Assembly (NCBI GenBank): GCA_963796055.1
Contig: CAWCKH010000003.1
Coordinates: 704,001 to 768,000 of the forward strand
Direction: 5' to 3'
From: an uncultured delta proteobacterium
Lineage (GTDB): Bacteria; Myxococcota; Myxococcia; Myxococcales; Myxococcaceae
DNA: 64,000 nucleotides
This document shows, piece by piece, positions 12,312 to 23,549 of the stretch (position 1 is its first letter; each line of letters opens with the position of its first letter). The notes beneath the pieces are model-generated. The model made no database searches, was not told where the DNA came from, and saw only the letters and a list, made by a program, of their open reading frames with translations. A program made the position numbers and the translations under genes.

Positions 12312-14144
12312 TCAGGGCGCGGCCGCGCACGCCGTCACGACCTGGTCCCGCGAAGCGCCGAAGGTCGACCCCTCGAAGAGGAACCGGGTGTTGGGCGGGA
12401 TGATCCCCGGCCCCTGCACCAGGATGTCACCGGAGACGTTGCCGCAGAACCCGTCGCCCGAGGTCGTCACCCCCTCCAGCCGGAAGCCGCGGAGGAGGAA
12501 GGTGATGTCCGCCCCTCCCGCCCCGGTGGTCCCCAGCGGGTAGGCCGCGAAGGGAATGACCGGGTCGCCGAAGTCGATGGTGAACCGCCCCTTTCCGTTC
12601 ACCGTCCCCGTGCCGACGAAAGGCTCGCCCACCGGGACCAGCTCACCCGTCCCGAGCAGCGCGTTCTGGTCCACCGCTTGGAGCCCGAGCGTCAGCTTCG
12701 GACCGCTGGTGGTGGCTTGGGCGAGAAACACCGCCGGCAGCTGGGGGAAGAAGGTCGGGCCGATGCTCAGGAGGAACGGCCCCTGCACGTCCGCCCGGGA
12801 GGCGGTGGGCAGCGGCTGGGAGGGGCACCGCGCGTCCTTTCCGACCTTGACCGCGATGTCCGGGTCGTACTTCCCGAAATCGAGCGTGGCGGCGAGGATC
12901 CAGCTCGGCCCGAACTGCGCGGGCAGCCAGGGGATGTCGACCCCGAGCGGGGTCGAGTACCAGGCCACGACGAACTGGCCGTGCTTTCCGGGAATCGGCG
13001 CCACCGCGGCGTAGGACGTGTCCCCGTTGGAGGGCAGCTCGGCCACCTCGAACAGCCGGATCTGGCTGTGCGGGTCCGCGAGGTCGCCCCGGATCTCGTA
13101 GATCGCGGTCCGCTTCAGGGTGCAGGCCAGGTGCTTGCGGGCCACGACGAACGTTCGCCCGTCCACCTCGAACACCCGCGACGGGCCGTCCAGGCGCTGC
13201 TCCAGGCGCCGGCTGCAGTCGAAGTTCCCGAAGAAGCCGAACCACGAGGCGTGCTTGACGCAGATGGCGGTCTGACCGTCCTCGACCAGGCCCTGGTTGT
13301 CCAGCCGCACCAGCGAGACCGCCACCTCGCCGTGCTCGCCGAGGAAGTTCAGCTCGGCCTCGCTGGGGACCTGCGCCGGGGCGTTCAGGATGCTGCCCAG
13401 CTTGACGAAGGTCTTCCCCCCGTCGAGCGAAGCGAAGTACGCAGCCTCCTGGTCACCGTCGTCGTAGCCCGTGGCGTAGAGCGTCTTGCCTCCGAAGGCC
13501 GAGTGGCGGACCACGTAGCGCCAGAACCCGAACGGCTTCTGGGTGAGCTTCAGTTCCGCCGGGGCCGGGACGTCGAAGGAGCTGCCCTCGTCGTGCGAGG
13601 TCGCGAAGACGGTCTGGGTATCGGCGAGCAGGTCGCGGATGGGGAATCCGGCGAGGCGGGAGATGGCCCCCAGCCGCAGCTCGCCGTTCCACTCGAAGAG
13701 CTTGGGGTCCCGGATCCCGCGCACCGGATCGCTCGGCGCCGGAGCAACGTCGGTGGCGAGCGTCCCGGCGTAGGTCAGAGGGTCGAAGCGGAAGATCCGG
13801 ATGTGCGCGCTGCCGGTCTCGGTCTGCCCCGTGCCGCCAGCCCGGAAGGCGAGGAGCATCTGCTTCGATGGAAGGAGGTGGAGCTCCACGTTCTCCGCGT
13901 GCTCGTCGCCGTTCTGGTAGACGACCGCGACGTCCCGGATGAACCCGCTGGCGTAAGCCGGGCCCTCGGGGGCCGGGACCGGGATCGGGGTGAGCACGTC
14001 GGGGGACGAGGTGGTGAGCGGGGCGGTGGCTCGTGTTTCAGGGTGGGCCGAGGGAGCGAACCCCGCCGGCCCGCAGGCGATCAGGGCAGCAGCGACGGAG
14101 GCGACCAACAGCAGCGAGGGGAAACGGTGGAGGTGCTGGCGCAT
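12312..14144 (-). CDS. Lipoprotein with Asp-box/BNR (sialidase-like) beta-propeller plus C-terminal domain
   Basis: GGAGG RBS before ATG 14144; lipobox ALIAC; Asp-boxes SHDEGSSF and [18 protein letters not shown]. Confidence 0.7.
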   Translation of the reverse strand: MRQHLHRFPSLLLVASVAAALIACGPAGFAPSAHPETRATAPLTTSSPDVLTPIPVPAPEGPAYASGFIRDVAVVYQNGDEHAENVELHLLPSKQMLLAFRAGGTGQTETGSAHIRIFRFDPLTYAGTLATDVAPAPSDPVRGIRDPKLFEWNGELRLGAISRLAGFPIRDLLADTQTVFATSHDEGSSFDVPAPAELKLTQKPFGFWRYVVRHSAFGGKTLYATGYDDGDQEAAYFASLDGGKTFVKLGSILNAPAQVPSEAELNFLGEHGEVAVSLVRLDNQGLVEDGQTAICVKHASWFGFFGNFDCSRRLEQRLDGPSRVFEVDGRTFVVARKHLACTLKRTAIYEIRGDLADPHSQIRLFEVAELPSNGDTSYAAVAPIPGKHGQFVVAWYSTPLGVDIPWLPAQFGPSWILAATLDFGKYDPDIAVKVGKDARCPSQPLPTASRADVQGPFLLSIGPTFFPQLPAVFLAQATTSGPKLTLGLQAVDQNALLGTGELVPVGEPFVGTGTVNGKGRFTIDFGDPVIPFAAYPLGTTGAGGADITFLLRGFRLEGVTTSGDGFCGNVSGDILVQGPGIIPPNTRFLFEGSTFGASRDQVVTACAAAP

Positions 14145-14607
14145 CTCGAGACCTCCTGTGAAGGTGACCCTGGGACTCGAGCAAGGACCGCGCCACTCCC
14201 GTCGCCCCGGATCGACCTGCGAACGCAAAGTCATGAAGTACAGCGCACGCACTGTTCGCGCGCCCACCTCCCTTCGGGCTCGGGCCCGCGCAACGGTTGC
14301 TGATTCGCATAGTCGTCCGCAGCCGGTCACGGGGCGGAGAACCGGTCCTCTTTGCCGGAGCCGCTCATGTCCCAGCGTGACCCACCGCCACCTCGCCGAG
14401 CTCGTGCCCTTCCCCGTCTTGCACCAGCCGCTCGCCTCCAGCGAAGGGGTCGGCATGCCTCCTCGGCGACCCGACCGGAGCCGCGACCACCGGGGCTCGG
14501 CCATCGCGAGGAGCTGCCCCCGGGTCCGGGCCGGGCTGCGGGGAGGAGCCGGGGGCTTCCCGGGTGGCGCAGGGCCACCCCGACGGGTTAGAGCCTCCCC
14601 CCGGCAG

Positions 14608-15693
14608 ATGATCGACAAGCTGGACGAAGTCGAGCGGCGCTACGACCGGCTCGAGGCAGACCTCGCGAATCCAGAGACGCTGGGGGACAGCACGCGCCTG
14701 ATGAAGGTGATGAAGGAACGCTCGTCACTCGAGTCGCTGGTCAACACCTACCGCACGTTCAAGAAGGTGCGAGAGGACCTGGCCGCCGCCGAGCAGATGC
14801 TGGAGAGCTCGGACCCGGAAGAACGCGCGCTGGGGAAGGAGGAGCTCCCGGCCCTGCGGGCGCGCCGCGACGCGCTCGAGGCCGAGCTCAAGCTCCTGCT
14901 CATCCCCAAGGACCCCAACGACGAGAAGAACGTCATCCTCGAGATTCGCGCCGGGGCGGGGGGAGACGAGGCCGGTCTCTTCGCCGAGGAGGTCCTCCAG
15001 ATGTACCTCCGCTACGCGGACCGCAAGGGCTGGAAGGCGGAGCTGGTGGACATGAGCGCGGGGAACGCAGGCGGAATCAAGGACGCCACCGTCACCCTCT
15101 CCGGCGACTCGGTGTACTCGTCGATGAAGTACGAGTCGGGCGTCCACCGGGTGCAGCGGGTGCCGGCCACCGAGGCCCAGGGCCGCATCCACACCTCCAC
15201 CATCACCGTGGCGGTCATGCCCGAGGCGGAGGACGTGGACGTGCAGGTCAAGGACTCGGACGTCGAGCGACAGGTGATGCGCTCCACCGGCGCGGGCGGT
15301 CAGAGCGTCAACACCACCGACTCGGCGGTGCGTCTCAAGCACGCCCCCACAGGCATCGTGGTGAAGTGCCAGCAGGAGAAGAGCCAGACGAAGAACTACA
15401 ACATGGCCATGCGCATGCTCCGGGCCAAGCTGTACGAGCTGGAGCAGGAGCGCATCACCAGCGAGCGCGACTCGCTCCGCCGTGGCCAGGTGGGCACCGG
15501 GGACCGCAGCGAGAAGATCCGGACCTACAACTTTCCTCAGGACAGGCTCACCGATCACCGCATCGGGATGACCTGGCACAACCTCCCGGCGCGGATGGCC
15601 GGGGACATCGAGGACATCGTCGTCGCCTGCCGCACCTACTTCCAGGCCGAGCAGCTCAAGGCCGAGTCGGCGCGCGCTCCGGCCCAGGCATGA
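14608..15693 (+). CDS. prfA: Peptide chain release factor 1
   Basis: [24 protein letters not shown] (PxT), [15 protein letters not shown]. Confidence 0.97.
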   Translation: MIDKLDEVERRYDRLEADLANPETLGDSTRLMKVMKERSSLESLVNTYRTFKKVREDLAAAEQMLESSDPEERALGKEELPALRARRDALEAELKLLLIPKDPNDEKNVILEIRAGAGGDEAGLFAEEVLQMYLRYADRKGWKAELVDMSAGNAGGIKDATVTLSGDSVYSSMKYESGVHRVQRVPATEAQGRIHTSTITVAVMPEAEDVDVQVKDSDVERQVMRSTGAGGQSVNTTDSAVRLKHAPTGIVVKCQQEKSQTKNYNMAMRMLRAKLYELEQERITSERDSLRRGQVGTGDRSEKIRTYNFPQDRLTDHRIGMTWHNLPARMAGDIEDIVVACRTYFQAEQLKAESARAPAQA

Positions 15694-16604
15694 GCGAGCA
15701 GCCCTGGACGGTGCGCCGGGTCCTCGGATGGACGTCCCAGCACTTCGAGAAGCTGGGCCTGGACTCACCACGGCTCACCGCCGAGCTGCTACTGGCGCAC
15801 GTGCTCCACACCACCCGGGTCCGGCTGTACACCGACCTGGACCGGCCGCTCGAGGTCGGCGAGCTCGGTGTCTATCGCGCGCTCATCGCCCGGCGCGCCA
15901 CCGGCGAGCCCACGCACTACCTGACCGGCACCCGTGAGTTCTACGGGCGGCCCTTCGCCGTCGACGCCCGGGTCCTCGTTCCCCGCCCGGAGACCGAGCT
16001 GCTGGTCGAGGCCGTGCTCCAGGCCATCCCCCGGGACGCCGATGTCCGGCTCCTGGACCTCTGCACCGGGGCCGGCTGCGTCGGCATCACCCTGGCCCTG
16101 GAGCGGCCCCGGGCGCGGGTGGTGGCCACCGAGATCTCCCCCGAGGCAGCCGAGGTCGCGCTGGCCAATGCCACTACCCTCGGGGTGGGCGATCGGTTCG
16201 AGGTCCGGGTCGGAGACCTGTTCACCCCGGTCCAAAGCGAGCGTCCTTTCTCTGCCATCGCCGCCAATCCTCCGTACGTCCCGCGGGGGGAAATCCCCAC
16301 CCTCGCACCCGAGGTGCGGCATGAGCCGGCCCTGGCCCTCGACGGGGGTCCCGACGGGCTGGACCTCATCCGGCGCATCGTCGCCGAGGCCCCGCGCTGC
16401 CTCGTGCCGGGAGCGCTGCTGGCCATGGAGATCGGGGACCGCCAGGGGGTGGCGGTCCGGTCCTTGCTCGAGGCGGCCGGATATGGCTCCGTCCGCATCG
16501 AACGCGACCTCGCCCGACACGATCGACTGGCCCTCGGGACACACCCCCGCGGGCAGGCGGCCACGCACCCAGGAGAAGGAGCCCTTGGACCAGATCCACA
16601 TTGA
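15690..16604 (+). CDS. prmC: Release factor glutamine methyltransferase
   Basis: ATGA overlap with prf[29 protein letters not shown]. Confidence 0.95.
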   Translation: MSEQPWTVRRVLGWTSQHFEKLGLDSPRLTAELLLAHVLHTTRVRLYTDLDRPLEVGELGVYRALIARRATGEPTHYLTGTREFYGRPFAVDARVLVPRPETELLVEAVLQAIPRDADVRLLDLCTGAGCVGITLALERPRARVVATEISPEAAEVALANATTLGVGDRFEVRVGDLFTPVQSERPFSAIAANPPYVPRGEIPTLAPEVRHEPALALDGGPDGLDLIRRIVAEAPRCLVPGALLAMEIGDRQGVAVRSLLEAAGYGSVRIERDLARHDRLALGTHPRGQAATHPGEGALGPDPH

Positions 16605-17847
16605 AGGCGGCCCGCGGCTGGAGGGGGAGGTGCGGGTCTCGGGGAGCAAGAACGCCACCCTCCCCTTGATGGCCGCCGCGCTCCTCGGCGAGGGCCCGAC
16701 CACGCTCCGCAACGTTCCCGATCTCGCGGACGTGACGACCCTGCTCGAGCTGCTCCGCACGATGGGCGCCGAGGCCCAGCGGGTGCCGGGCGCGGAGCGC
16801 CACGTGGTCCGGGTGCACGCCGCGCCGAACGTGCTGCCCGAGGCGCCGTACGACCTGGTGCGGAAGATGCGCGCCTCGGTGCTGGTGCTCGGCCCGCTGC
16901 TCGGTCGGTTCGGCCGCGCCCGGGTCTCGCTGCCCGGGGGCTGCGCCATCGGCGCCCGCCCCATCGACCAGCATCTGAAGGCCTTCCGCGCGCTCGGGGC
17001 GGAGATCCTCCTCGAGGGCGGCTACGTCGAGGCGCGGGCGAAGCGGCTCCGGGGGGCCACGGTGCGGTTCGACAAGATCACCGTCACCGGCACCGAGAAC
17101 GCCCTGATGGCCGCGGTGCTCGCCGAGGGGACGACCGTGCTGGAGAACGCCGCCCGCGAGCCGGAGGTCGAGGACCTCGCCCGGGCCCTGAACGCCATGG
17201 GTGCCCGCATCCAGGGCGCGGGCACGGATCTGGTGGTCGTGGAGGGCGTCACCCGACTCGCCGGGGTCGAGCACACGGTCATCCCCGACCGCATCGAGGC
17301 AGGCACCCTCCTGGTGGCCGCGGCCATCAGCCGGGGCGATGTGCATGTCCAGGGCGCCGTCCCCACCCACCTCGACGCCGTGGTGGGCAAGCTGCGCGAG
17401 GCCGGCTGCTCGGTGGCGCCCACGCCCGAGGGGCTGCGCTGCAAGGGGCCCGAGGTGCCGGAGCCGGTGGACCTCCAGACGACGGAGCATCCGGGCTTCC
17501 CCACCGACATGCAGGCCCAGCTCATGGCCTTGCTCAGCGTGGCCGGGGGGACCAGCGTCCTCTCCGAGAACATCTTCGAGAACCGCTTCATGCATGTCGC
17601 CGAGCTGCGCCGGATGGGGGCGGACATCCGGGTGGAGGGCCACACCGCGGTGGTGAAGGGAGTCCACACCCTCTCCGGGGCCCCGGTGATGGCGACGGAC
17701 CTGCGCGCCTCGGCCTCGCTCATCCTCGCCGGGCTCCGGGCCGCCGGCACCACCCGGGTGGCACGCGTTTACCACCTGGACCGGGGCTACGAGGCGCTCG
17801 AGCGGAAGCTCCAGACCCTGGGCGCCCGGACCACCCGGGTGAAGTGA
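16585..17847 (+). CDS. murA: UDP-N-acetylglucosamine 1-carboxyvinyltransferase
   Basis: TTG start after [48 protein letters not shown]. Confidence 0.96.
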   Translation: MDQIHIEGGPRLEGEVRVSGSKNATLPLMAAALLGEGPTTLRNVPDLADVTTLLELLRTMGAEAQRVPGAERHVVRVHAAPNVLPEAPYDLVRKMRASVLVLGPLLGRFGRARVSLPGGCAIGARPIDQHLKAFRALGAEILLEGGYVEARAKRLRGATVRFDKITVTGTENALMAAVLAEGTTVLENAAREPEVEDLARALNAMGARIQGAGTDLVVVEGVTRLAGVEHTVIPDRIEAGTLLVAAAISRGDVHVQGAVPTHLDAVVGKLREAGCSVAPTPEGLRCKGPEVPEPVDLQTTEHPGFPTDMQAQLMALLSVAGGTSVLSENIFENRFMHVAELRRMGADIRVEGHTAVVKGVHTLSGAPVMATDLRASASLILAGLRAAGTTRVARVYHLDRGYEALERKLQTLGARTTRVK

Positions 17848-17969
17848 AGGCGGAAAAGCCGTTCAGCCCAGGTCACTGCCGGTTGCAGGATAAAAATTCC
17901 CGGCCTTAGACTCACCAGTGCAGCCGTTACCGGAGCACTGCTCCCCCTGCACGGAGAAGACGCGTTTTC

Positions 17970-18365
17970 ATGGATTGCCCCGGCTGCAACGTCGAGATGG
18001 CCGAGCTGGAGGGAGAAGAGACGACGTTGCGACGCTGCGGAGAGTGCGGCGGACTGTGGCTGGACGTGGCGGACCTGAACCGCCTGCTCCTCCACAACAA
18101 CCTCCCGGGGCTGGAAAGCCTCGGAGGGCGCGTCGACGCCGAGGCCCTCACCGGCCAGTGCCCCGAGTGCCAGGTCGACCTGGTCCGGGTCGATGGCGGT
18201 GATCGGCAGCACCCCCTGCACTACGACACCTGCGAGTCCTGTGGCGGCATCTTCCTCGAGTCGGAGTTCAAGGACGCGACCGACGCGAAGGTGGCGCAGC
18301 AGGAGATCGTGGACTTCTTCCAGCGGTTCTCGTCGCGGAAGAAGAAGAGCGCCGCCGGCCGCTGA
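17970..18365 (+). CDS. Double zinc-ribbon (zf-TFIIB-like) protein
   Basis: CPGC, CGECGGLW, CPEC, CESCGGIF. Confidence 0.85.
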   Translation: MDCPGCNVEMAELEGEETTLRRCGECGGLWLDVADLNRLLLHNNLPGLESLGGRVDAEALTGQCPECQVDLVRVDGGDRQHPLHYDTCESCGGIFLESEFKDATDAKVAQQEIVDFFQRFSSRKKKSAAGR

Positions 18366-18384
18366 GGCCGCGGACCCGGGGGAC

Positions 18385-19215
18385 TCACCTCCGGTCGCGA
18401 AACGGCACCCGCAGCGCTGCGGGGACGCCGCCCTTCAGGGTCAAGGTGGTGCGCCCCTTGCCGTGCGCGTCGGCCTTGGTCTCCATCGACGGGGTGACCC
18501 GGCCCTTCCCGGAGCCCGGGGCCTTCATCCACAGGCCCTTCTTGTCCAGGCCCCAGGTCCCGTTCACCGTCTTCGGCCGGGTGGGCGCGTCATAGACCAC
18601 CGTCCGGTGCTGCCAGGAACCGTCGAGGAAGAAGGACAGGCTCTGGTCGGGGTTGCCCTCGTCTCCGGCGTACCACGTGCCCAGCAGCCGGGCCCGCTCC
18701 GGGCTCCAGCGGAGCAGTGACTTCTTGGGGTGCGGCACCGGCTTGCCGTGGGAGACCAGCTGCACCTCCGAGAGGCAGGCCGGCGCGGCCGGGTCCTCTG
18801 CCGGCTCGACGTCGAGGACCTCCAGGGTGAACACCTGCCCTTGCAGCGGCGCGTCCAGCTTCACCGACTGCACGCCCTCGGTGTCCACCACCGAGAAGGT
18901 GCTCGCGCGCCCGTCGGTTCGCAGGACGAACTTCCGCGGGCGGGCGGAGGCGTGGAAGGCGGCGGTGTCTGCCTGGTTGCCGGTGGCGATGCGGACCTCG
19001 TCCACCACCACCATCGCCGGGACGCCGAAGCCCAGCGCGTCGGCCTGCGCGTCCCCGCTGGCCGAGCACCAGGCGGTCTTGAGGTTCCCGTCCACCAGCA
19101 GCAGGGGCTGGAAGTGGGCCGGGTTGCTCGCGTGTTCGTACCAGTCGGTGGCCTGCACGTAGCCGAGTCCGGGCACGGCCGAGAGGACGACTCCGAGGAG
19201 CGGGCTGAGGGTCAT
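18385..19215 (-). CDS. Secreted discoidin/galactose-binding-like domain protein
   Basis: Signal-like N-terminus; LVDGNLKTAWC, CLSEVQL. The start position is uncertain. Confidence 0.6.
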   Translation of the reverse strand: MTLSPLLGVVLSAVPGLGYVQATDWYEHASNPAHFQPLLLVDGNLKTAWCSASGDAQADALGFGVPAMVVVDEVRIATGNQADTAAFHASARPRKFVLRTDGRASTFSVVDTEGVQSVKLDAPLQGQVFTLEVLDVEPAEDPAAPACLSEVQLVSHGKPVPHPKKSLLRWSPERARLLGTWYAGDEGNPDQSLSFFLDGSWQHRTVVYDAPTRPKTVNGTWGLDKKGLWMKAPGSGKGRVTPSMETKADAHGKGRTTLTLKGGVPAALRVPFRDRR

Positions 19216-19303
19216 GTGGATGGGCGGACCGAGCATGGCGCAGAGAGGCGGTGCACTCCAGCGTCGCGAGGGGTGGGCCCGGCGTGTGGTAGGGCTGTGG
19301 CCC

Positions 19304-21136
19304 GTGAGCTCCGCGCGCGCCCTGGCCGCCCTGTCGCTGCTCGTCGTCACCGGATGTCCACGAAAGCAGGAGGCGCCACCGGCCGCACCACCGGACGCGG
19401 GCCCGGCGCAGCGGACCGAGGTGGAGCCGGACGATCGCCCCGAGCAGTCGATGCCCCTCGGGGAGAGCACCGACGTCGCGGCCAGCCTCTCCAGCACACC
19501 CGCCCGGGCCGACGAGGACTGGTACCTCCTCTTCGGAGAGAGGCCGCGCCTGGTGGATGCGACGGTGAGCGGCATTCCGGGCACGGTGGTGCTGCTCGAG
19601 GTCTACGACGAGACGCGCACCCGGCTCGCGGCGGTCAGCGCCGAGGCCGAGGGCCAGCCGGCCCGCTTCCCCAACCTCACCGTGCGCGGGAAGCTGCTCC
19701 TCCGGGTGGCGGCCGGTCGCAAGGGGGGTGGCGGCACCTACACCCTGTCGGTGCGCTACGGCGAGCCGAGACCGGGGATGGAGGTGGAGCCCAACGACCG
19801 GCACGCCGACGCGACCGAGCTCCAGCCTCAGAACGATGCCTGGACCATCCAGGGCCTCTACGGGTCCCCGGCGGACGAGGACCACTACCGGATCGTCCTC
19901 GACACTGCTGCCGATGCGGGCCCTCCCGAAGCGGTCGCCGCGCCCGACGCCGGCGCCACCGCCACCACCGCGGCGCCGTCTCCGCCGTCCGAGCCGCCGC
20001 GCCAGGAGGGGTTCCCGGCGCAGCCTCCGCCCCTCGGCGGAGCACGCGCCGAAGTCGACGCCGGGCCGGTGGTGCCAGAGCCGCCGCGGGTGGCGCTCCG
20101 CCTCGAGCTGAGCGGGGTGGCCGGGGTCCGTCCGGAGATCCAGGTGCTGTCCGAGGCGGAGGCGACGCTGTTCACCGCCCGCGGCACCGAGGGACAGCCG
20201 CTGTCGCAGCGCAACGTGGCGGTGCGGGCCACGGACCGGGTCATCGACGTGGTGGTGAAGAGCGCCTGGACCGGCACCGGCAAGGACGCCCGCCGGGGCT
20301 TCGACCCCGAGGCACCCTACACCTTGACCGTCTCCCGCGAGGCCGCCGGGGCCAACGCCGAGTACGAGCCCAACGACGACCTGGCGCACGCCACGCCGCT
20401 TCCGCTCGATGGCTACCGCGAGGGTTTCCTCACCCCCAAGACCGATGTCGACACCTACGTGGTGCGGCCACCCCAGCCTTCCCTGGTGCGCTTCGAGCTG
20501 AGCGGGGTGGAGAAGCTGGACCTCCAGCTCTCGCTGGTCGAGCCGGGCAGCAAGCCCGGGACGGAGAAGGTTCTCCAGCGCTCGAACGACGGGGCGGTGA
20601 AGGAGCCGGAGCGGCTGAACAGCGTGGCCTGCAACAAGGAGTGCTTCGTCAAGGTCGAGGGCGCTCTCCGCAAGGTGGACGGCAAATGGGTGCGCGAGTT
20701 CGAGAACCCCGACCAGCCGTACCGGCTGACCGCCCGTGCCATCCCCGACGACGGCAGCGAGGAGCGCGAGCCGAACGACACCGCGGACCAGGCCACCCCG
20801 CTCACCCTGGGCAAGCCCATCCGGGGCACCGTGTACCCGAAGAAGGACGTTGACTACTTCCGCCTCGACCTCTCGGACCGTCCGGTGAAGACGGCGCTCA
20901 AGGCGACGCTGACCGGCATCCTCAAGGTGAACGTGGCGCTCTTCCTCTACCAGCGGGCCGAGGACGGTTCGCTGTCGCTGGTCCAGACCGCGGACCGCGC
21001 CAAGGCAGACGCGCCGGAGGTCATCCGTTACGCCGCCGACCCGGGCATCTACCTCTTGAAGGTGCAGGATTCGAAGAACCGGGAGTCCAACTTCCAGGAC
21101 AGCTACCAGCTCACGGTGGAAGAAGACACGCAGTAG
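19304..21136 (+). CDS. Lipoprotein with repeated E-x-EPND / PPC-like beta-sandwich domains
   Basis: Lipobox VVTGC; four repeats (EVEPDD, EVEPND, EYEPND, EREPND), each followed by a D-x-D-x-[YF] motif. Confidence 0.75.
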   Translation: MSSARALAALSLLVVTGCPRKQEAPPAAPPDAGPAQRTEVEPDDRPEQSMPLGESTDVAASLSSTPARADEDWYLLFGERPRLVDATVSGIPGTVVLLEVYDETRTRLAAVSAEAEGQPARFPNLTVRGKLLLRVAAGRKGGGGTYTLSVRYGEPRPGMEVEPNDRHADATELQPQNDAWTIQGLYGSPADEDHYRIVLDTAADAGPPEAVAAPDAGATATTAAPSPPSEPPRQEGFPAQPPPLGGARAEVDAGPVVPEPPRVALRLELSGVAGVRPEIQVLSEAEATLFTARGTEGQPLSQRNVAVRATDRVIDVVVKSAWTGTGKDARRGFDPEAPYTLTVSREAAGANAEYEPNDDLAHATPLPLDGYREGFLTPKTDVDTYVVRPPQPSLVRFELSGVEKLDLQLSLVEPGSKPGTEKVLQRSNDGAVKEPERLNSVACNKECFVKVEGALRKVDGKWVREFENPDQPYRLTARAIPDDGSEEREPNDTADQATPLTLGKPIRGTVYPKKDVDYFRLDLSDRPVKTALKATLTGILKVNVALFLYQRAEDGSLSLVQTADRAKADAPEVIRYAADPGIYLLKVQDSKNRESNFQDSYQLTVEEDTQ

Positions 21137-21227
21137 GGCTGTTGCAGGGCCCCCGCCGGCCATGCCGATCCCCGGCGAGTGGCCGCGGCTCCAGCCCTTG
21201 CCCGCGCGCCCCTGACCTCGGCCTCGC

Positions 21228-22763
21228 TCAGTGGGGGGACGGGGCCTTGAGCACCGCGGGCGCTGCGGTGCGCGGTGGCGGTGAGCCGGCCGGGACCGTG
21301 GTCACCGGCGCGGGCTCAGGCGGCTTGAGCACGTCGGCCATGGCCATCGGGCTGTCGGTGCTCGAGGGCCCGAGCCGCCCGGCGAGCTCGAGCGCCGACT
21401 GGGCGAGGTCCTGGAGCCCGAGGCTGCTCCGGTCCAGCTCGCGCTGCAGTGCCGCGGCGGCCTCGAACTCCTCCCGGGTGGGGGTGGTCCGGCGGTCGGC
21501 GGCCCGGAGCGCGAAAGTGGTGGTGCTCTGCTTGCGAAAGGCGTCGAGCAGCCGCGGGAGCAGCGCCTGGCCGTCGGCGTCGAGCGCATCCTGGGTGTAG
21601 CCCTTGAGGCCACGGCGGTTTCCGAACCAGACCCGGCCCGCCGCCCCGAATCCACCGGCCGAGACAGAGGGGAGGTCCTCCACCACCAGCACCGGGTTCG
21701 CCCGGGCGGGGAACTCCGACGAGAGCAGTCCGTAGACCAGCGTGCCGTCGTCCCGGGGGCGAACCTCGGCGATCAGATTTCCGAAGGGGAAGTACGGGTC
21801 CACGGCGGTGCGCACCGCGGTGAGGAGCTGGGCCCGGCGGTCGGAGTCGAGCTGGGCGACCTCGGAGCGCGGCGGCCCCGCCTTGAGGGTGGTCATGAGC
21901 GCGGTGAGCTGGTCGATGCCCACCACTACGTTGAGCGCGCTGCCCCGGGTGTACCCGGCGTGGAACAGGCCCACCAGCTCGAACTCGCCGGTCTTGCACG
22001 AAACCGCGAGCACCGGCGAGCCGGAGTTGCCCTGCGAGAGCAGCGCGTCGATGACGAAATCGTCGTGGTTCCAGTCCTTGAAGCGGTCGTGGTCGTGCTC
22101 GGAGACGACCTTGCCCACGTTGGTGGCGCTGAACACCCCGAGCGGGAAGCCACGCACGTCCACCACGTTCCGGACCCGGAGCGCGCTGCTCCTCCCCATC
22201 TTCCAGGGGAGCACCGGCAGGGTCTTCGCCGAGCGGAGCACTGCGGCGTCGAGCGCCACGTCGGAGACCACCCGGGTGAGGGGCAAGTCGTCCGGGGTGT
22301 AGTTGTCCGCCTCGTTCTCCACGATGCGCAGAACGTCCGAGACCCGCTTGCAACCGGCAGGGACACCGTCGACCCGGTGGTCTTCGTCGGTGACCGCCGG
22401 CCACTCGGCGACGTGCTGGTTGGTGAGGAGCAGGGTCCCCTTGTCGTCGCGCCGGTAGGCGAAGGCCGTGCCGTGGGCGGTGGCGGTGCGGCGCTTCTTG
22501 CGGAGCGAACCGTCGGGCCCGTAGCTGGGGCACTCGTAGACTGCGGTGGTACGGACACAGAACGTATAGGCCTGCTGCTGCTGCTCGGCCCGGCGGGCCG
22601 CGGCCGAGAGCGCGGTCAGGTCGTCGGCGTACTCGCCGAGGCAGAACGAGGGCTCGGTGTGATCGGGAGCGACGGGAATCGGGCCGTCGGCAGCGGGTGC
22701 GGCAACCGAGAGCAGGGCGGCGAGCAGGGTCAGCGAACGGAGTGGAGGCGACACGACTTCCAT
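21228..22763 (-). CDS. Secreted trypsin-like (S1C) serine protease
   Basis: Triad motifs LLLTNQHV, DAAVLR, GNSGSP; signal peptide. Confidence 0.88.
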   Translation of the reverse strand: MEVVSPPLRSLTLLAALLSVAAPAADGPIPVAPDHTEPSFCLGEYADDLTALSAAARRAEQQQQAYTFCVRTTAVYECPSYGPDGSLRKKRRTATAHGTAFAYRRDDKGTLLLTNQHVAEWPAVTDEDHRVDGVPAGCKRVSDVLRIVENEADNYTPDDLPLTRVVSDVALDAAVLRSAKTLPVLPWKMGRSSALRVRNVVDVRGFPLGVFSATNVGKVVSEHDHDRFKDWNHDDFVIDALLSQGNSGSPVLAVSCKTGEFELVGLFHAGYTRGSALNVVVGIDQLTALMTTLKAGPPRSEVAQLDSDRRAQLLTAVRTAVDPYFPFGNLIAEVRPRDDGTLVYGLLSSEFPARANPVLVVEDLPSVSAGGFGAAGRVWFGNRRGLKGYTQDALDADGQALLPRLLDAFRKQSTTTFALRAADRRTTPTREEFEAAAALQRELDRSSLGLQDLAQSALELAGRLGPSSTDSPMAMADVLKPPEPAPVTTVPAGSPPPRTAAPAVLKAPSPH

Positions 22764-22842
22764 CTTTCTCCAGATTCCTTGATGTTTGTGTCCTCAACCA
22801 TCCCACATTGACGTTGGATTCCGGACTGAACGAGATCGACAC

Positions 22843-23376
22843 ATGAGGGACGTGAGACGACTGCTGCGCGACCTCGGGCGAGAGATCGAGCGACTTGCCC
22901 AGCGCAACGAGTTCCTCGAGCAGAAGCTGGAAAGCATCACCGGCGCGCTCCAGGGCGCAGTTCGGGTCGGCGCTGCGACTCCCCGCTCGGAACGGCGCCG
23001 ACGCCAGCGAACCGGGGGGCGGCGTGGCGCTCCGTCCAAGTTCGACGACGCTCAGGCTCGGAAACTCCGGAAGGAGTACGAGAAGGGCGCCACCAGCGCC
23101 CAGCTGGCGGAAAGGCACCAGGCCGCGCTCCCCACCATTCTCGGCACCCTCAGGCGAGCGGGGACCACGCTCCGCCGCGGCCGCCCGAGCAAGAAGCGCT
23201 CGCGGGGGCTCAGGGGGCCTCGTTCAGCGCGCCGCAGTGGGGGCAAGGGAACGAGTGCTCGAGGGCGAACTTCGGCGCAACCCGGGCGAGCACCACCCTC
23301 TCGCAGGCCCCGCAGAGGAAATCGAGCCCGGCGTGCGGTTCGAAAGCGAACGCCTCGAGCTCACCGCGGACGGTGA
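22843..23376 (+). CDS. Basic coiled-coil + HTH DNA-binding protein
   Basis: N-terminal heptad helix; KFDDAQARKLRKEYEKGATSAQLAERHQAALPTILGTLRRAG HTH. The 3' tail overlaps an antisense ORF. Confidence 0.65.
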   Translation: MRDVRRLLRDLGREIERLAQRNEFLEQKLESITGALQGAVRVGAATPRSERRRRQRTGGRRGAPSKFDDAQARKLRKEYEKGATSAQLAERHQAALPTILGTLRRAGTTLRRGRPSKKRSRGLRGPRSARRSGGKGTSARGRTSAQPGRAPPSRRPRRGNRARRAVRKRTPRAHRGR

Positions 23377-23425
23377 ACGGTGGGCGGTTCGACCGCGAGA
23401 CGACCGTCATCTGGATCGCTGCCAC
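23210..23425 (-). CDS. Small zinc-ribbon protein (71 aa)
   Basis: AGGAG RBS before GTG; CGAC...CPHCGALN. Confidence 0.55.
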   Translation of the reverse strand: MAAIQMTVVSRSNRPPFTVRGELEAFAFEPHAGLDFLCGACERVVLARVAPKFALEHSFPCPHCGALNEAP

Positions 23426-23549
23426 GGCACGGACTCCTGAGGGTGACATTGCCCCTCGCCCCTCTGACATCGAGGGCACCGGGGCCGGACTCTGCCCGTG
23501 CTTCCGCGGGGTTTGGCGGTCGGAGCTGGTCCGGTTACCGTCCGCATCC

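Noticed and set aside
13990..14607. N-terminal extensions of prfA (also smc, murA, eno and DLP-B as given in the ORF track)
   Set aside because: Family homology and RBS or overlap positions point to the downstream starts used here.
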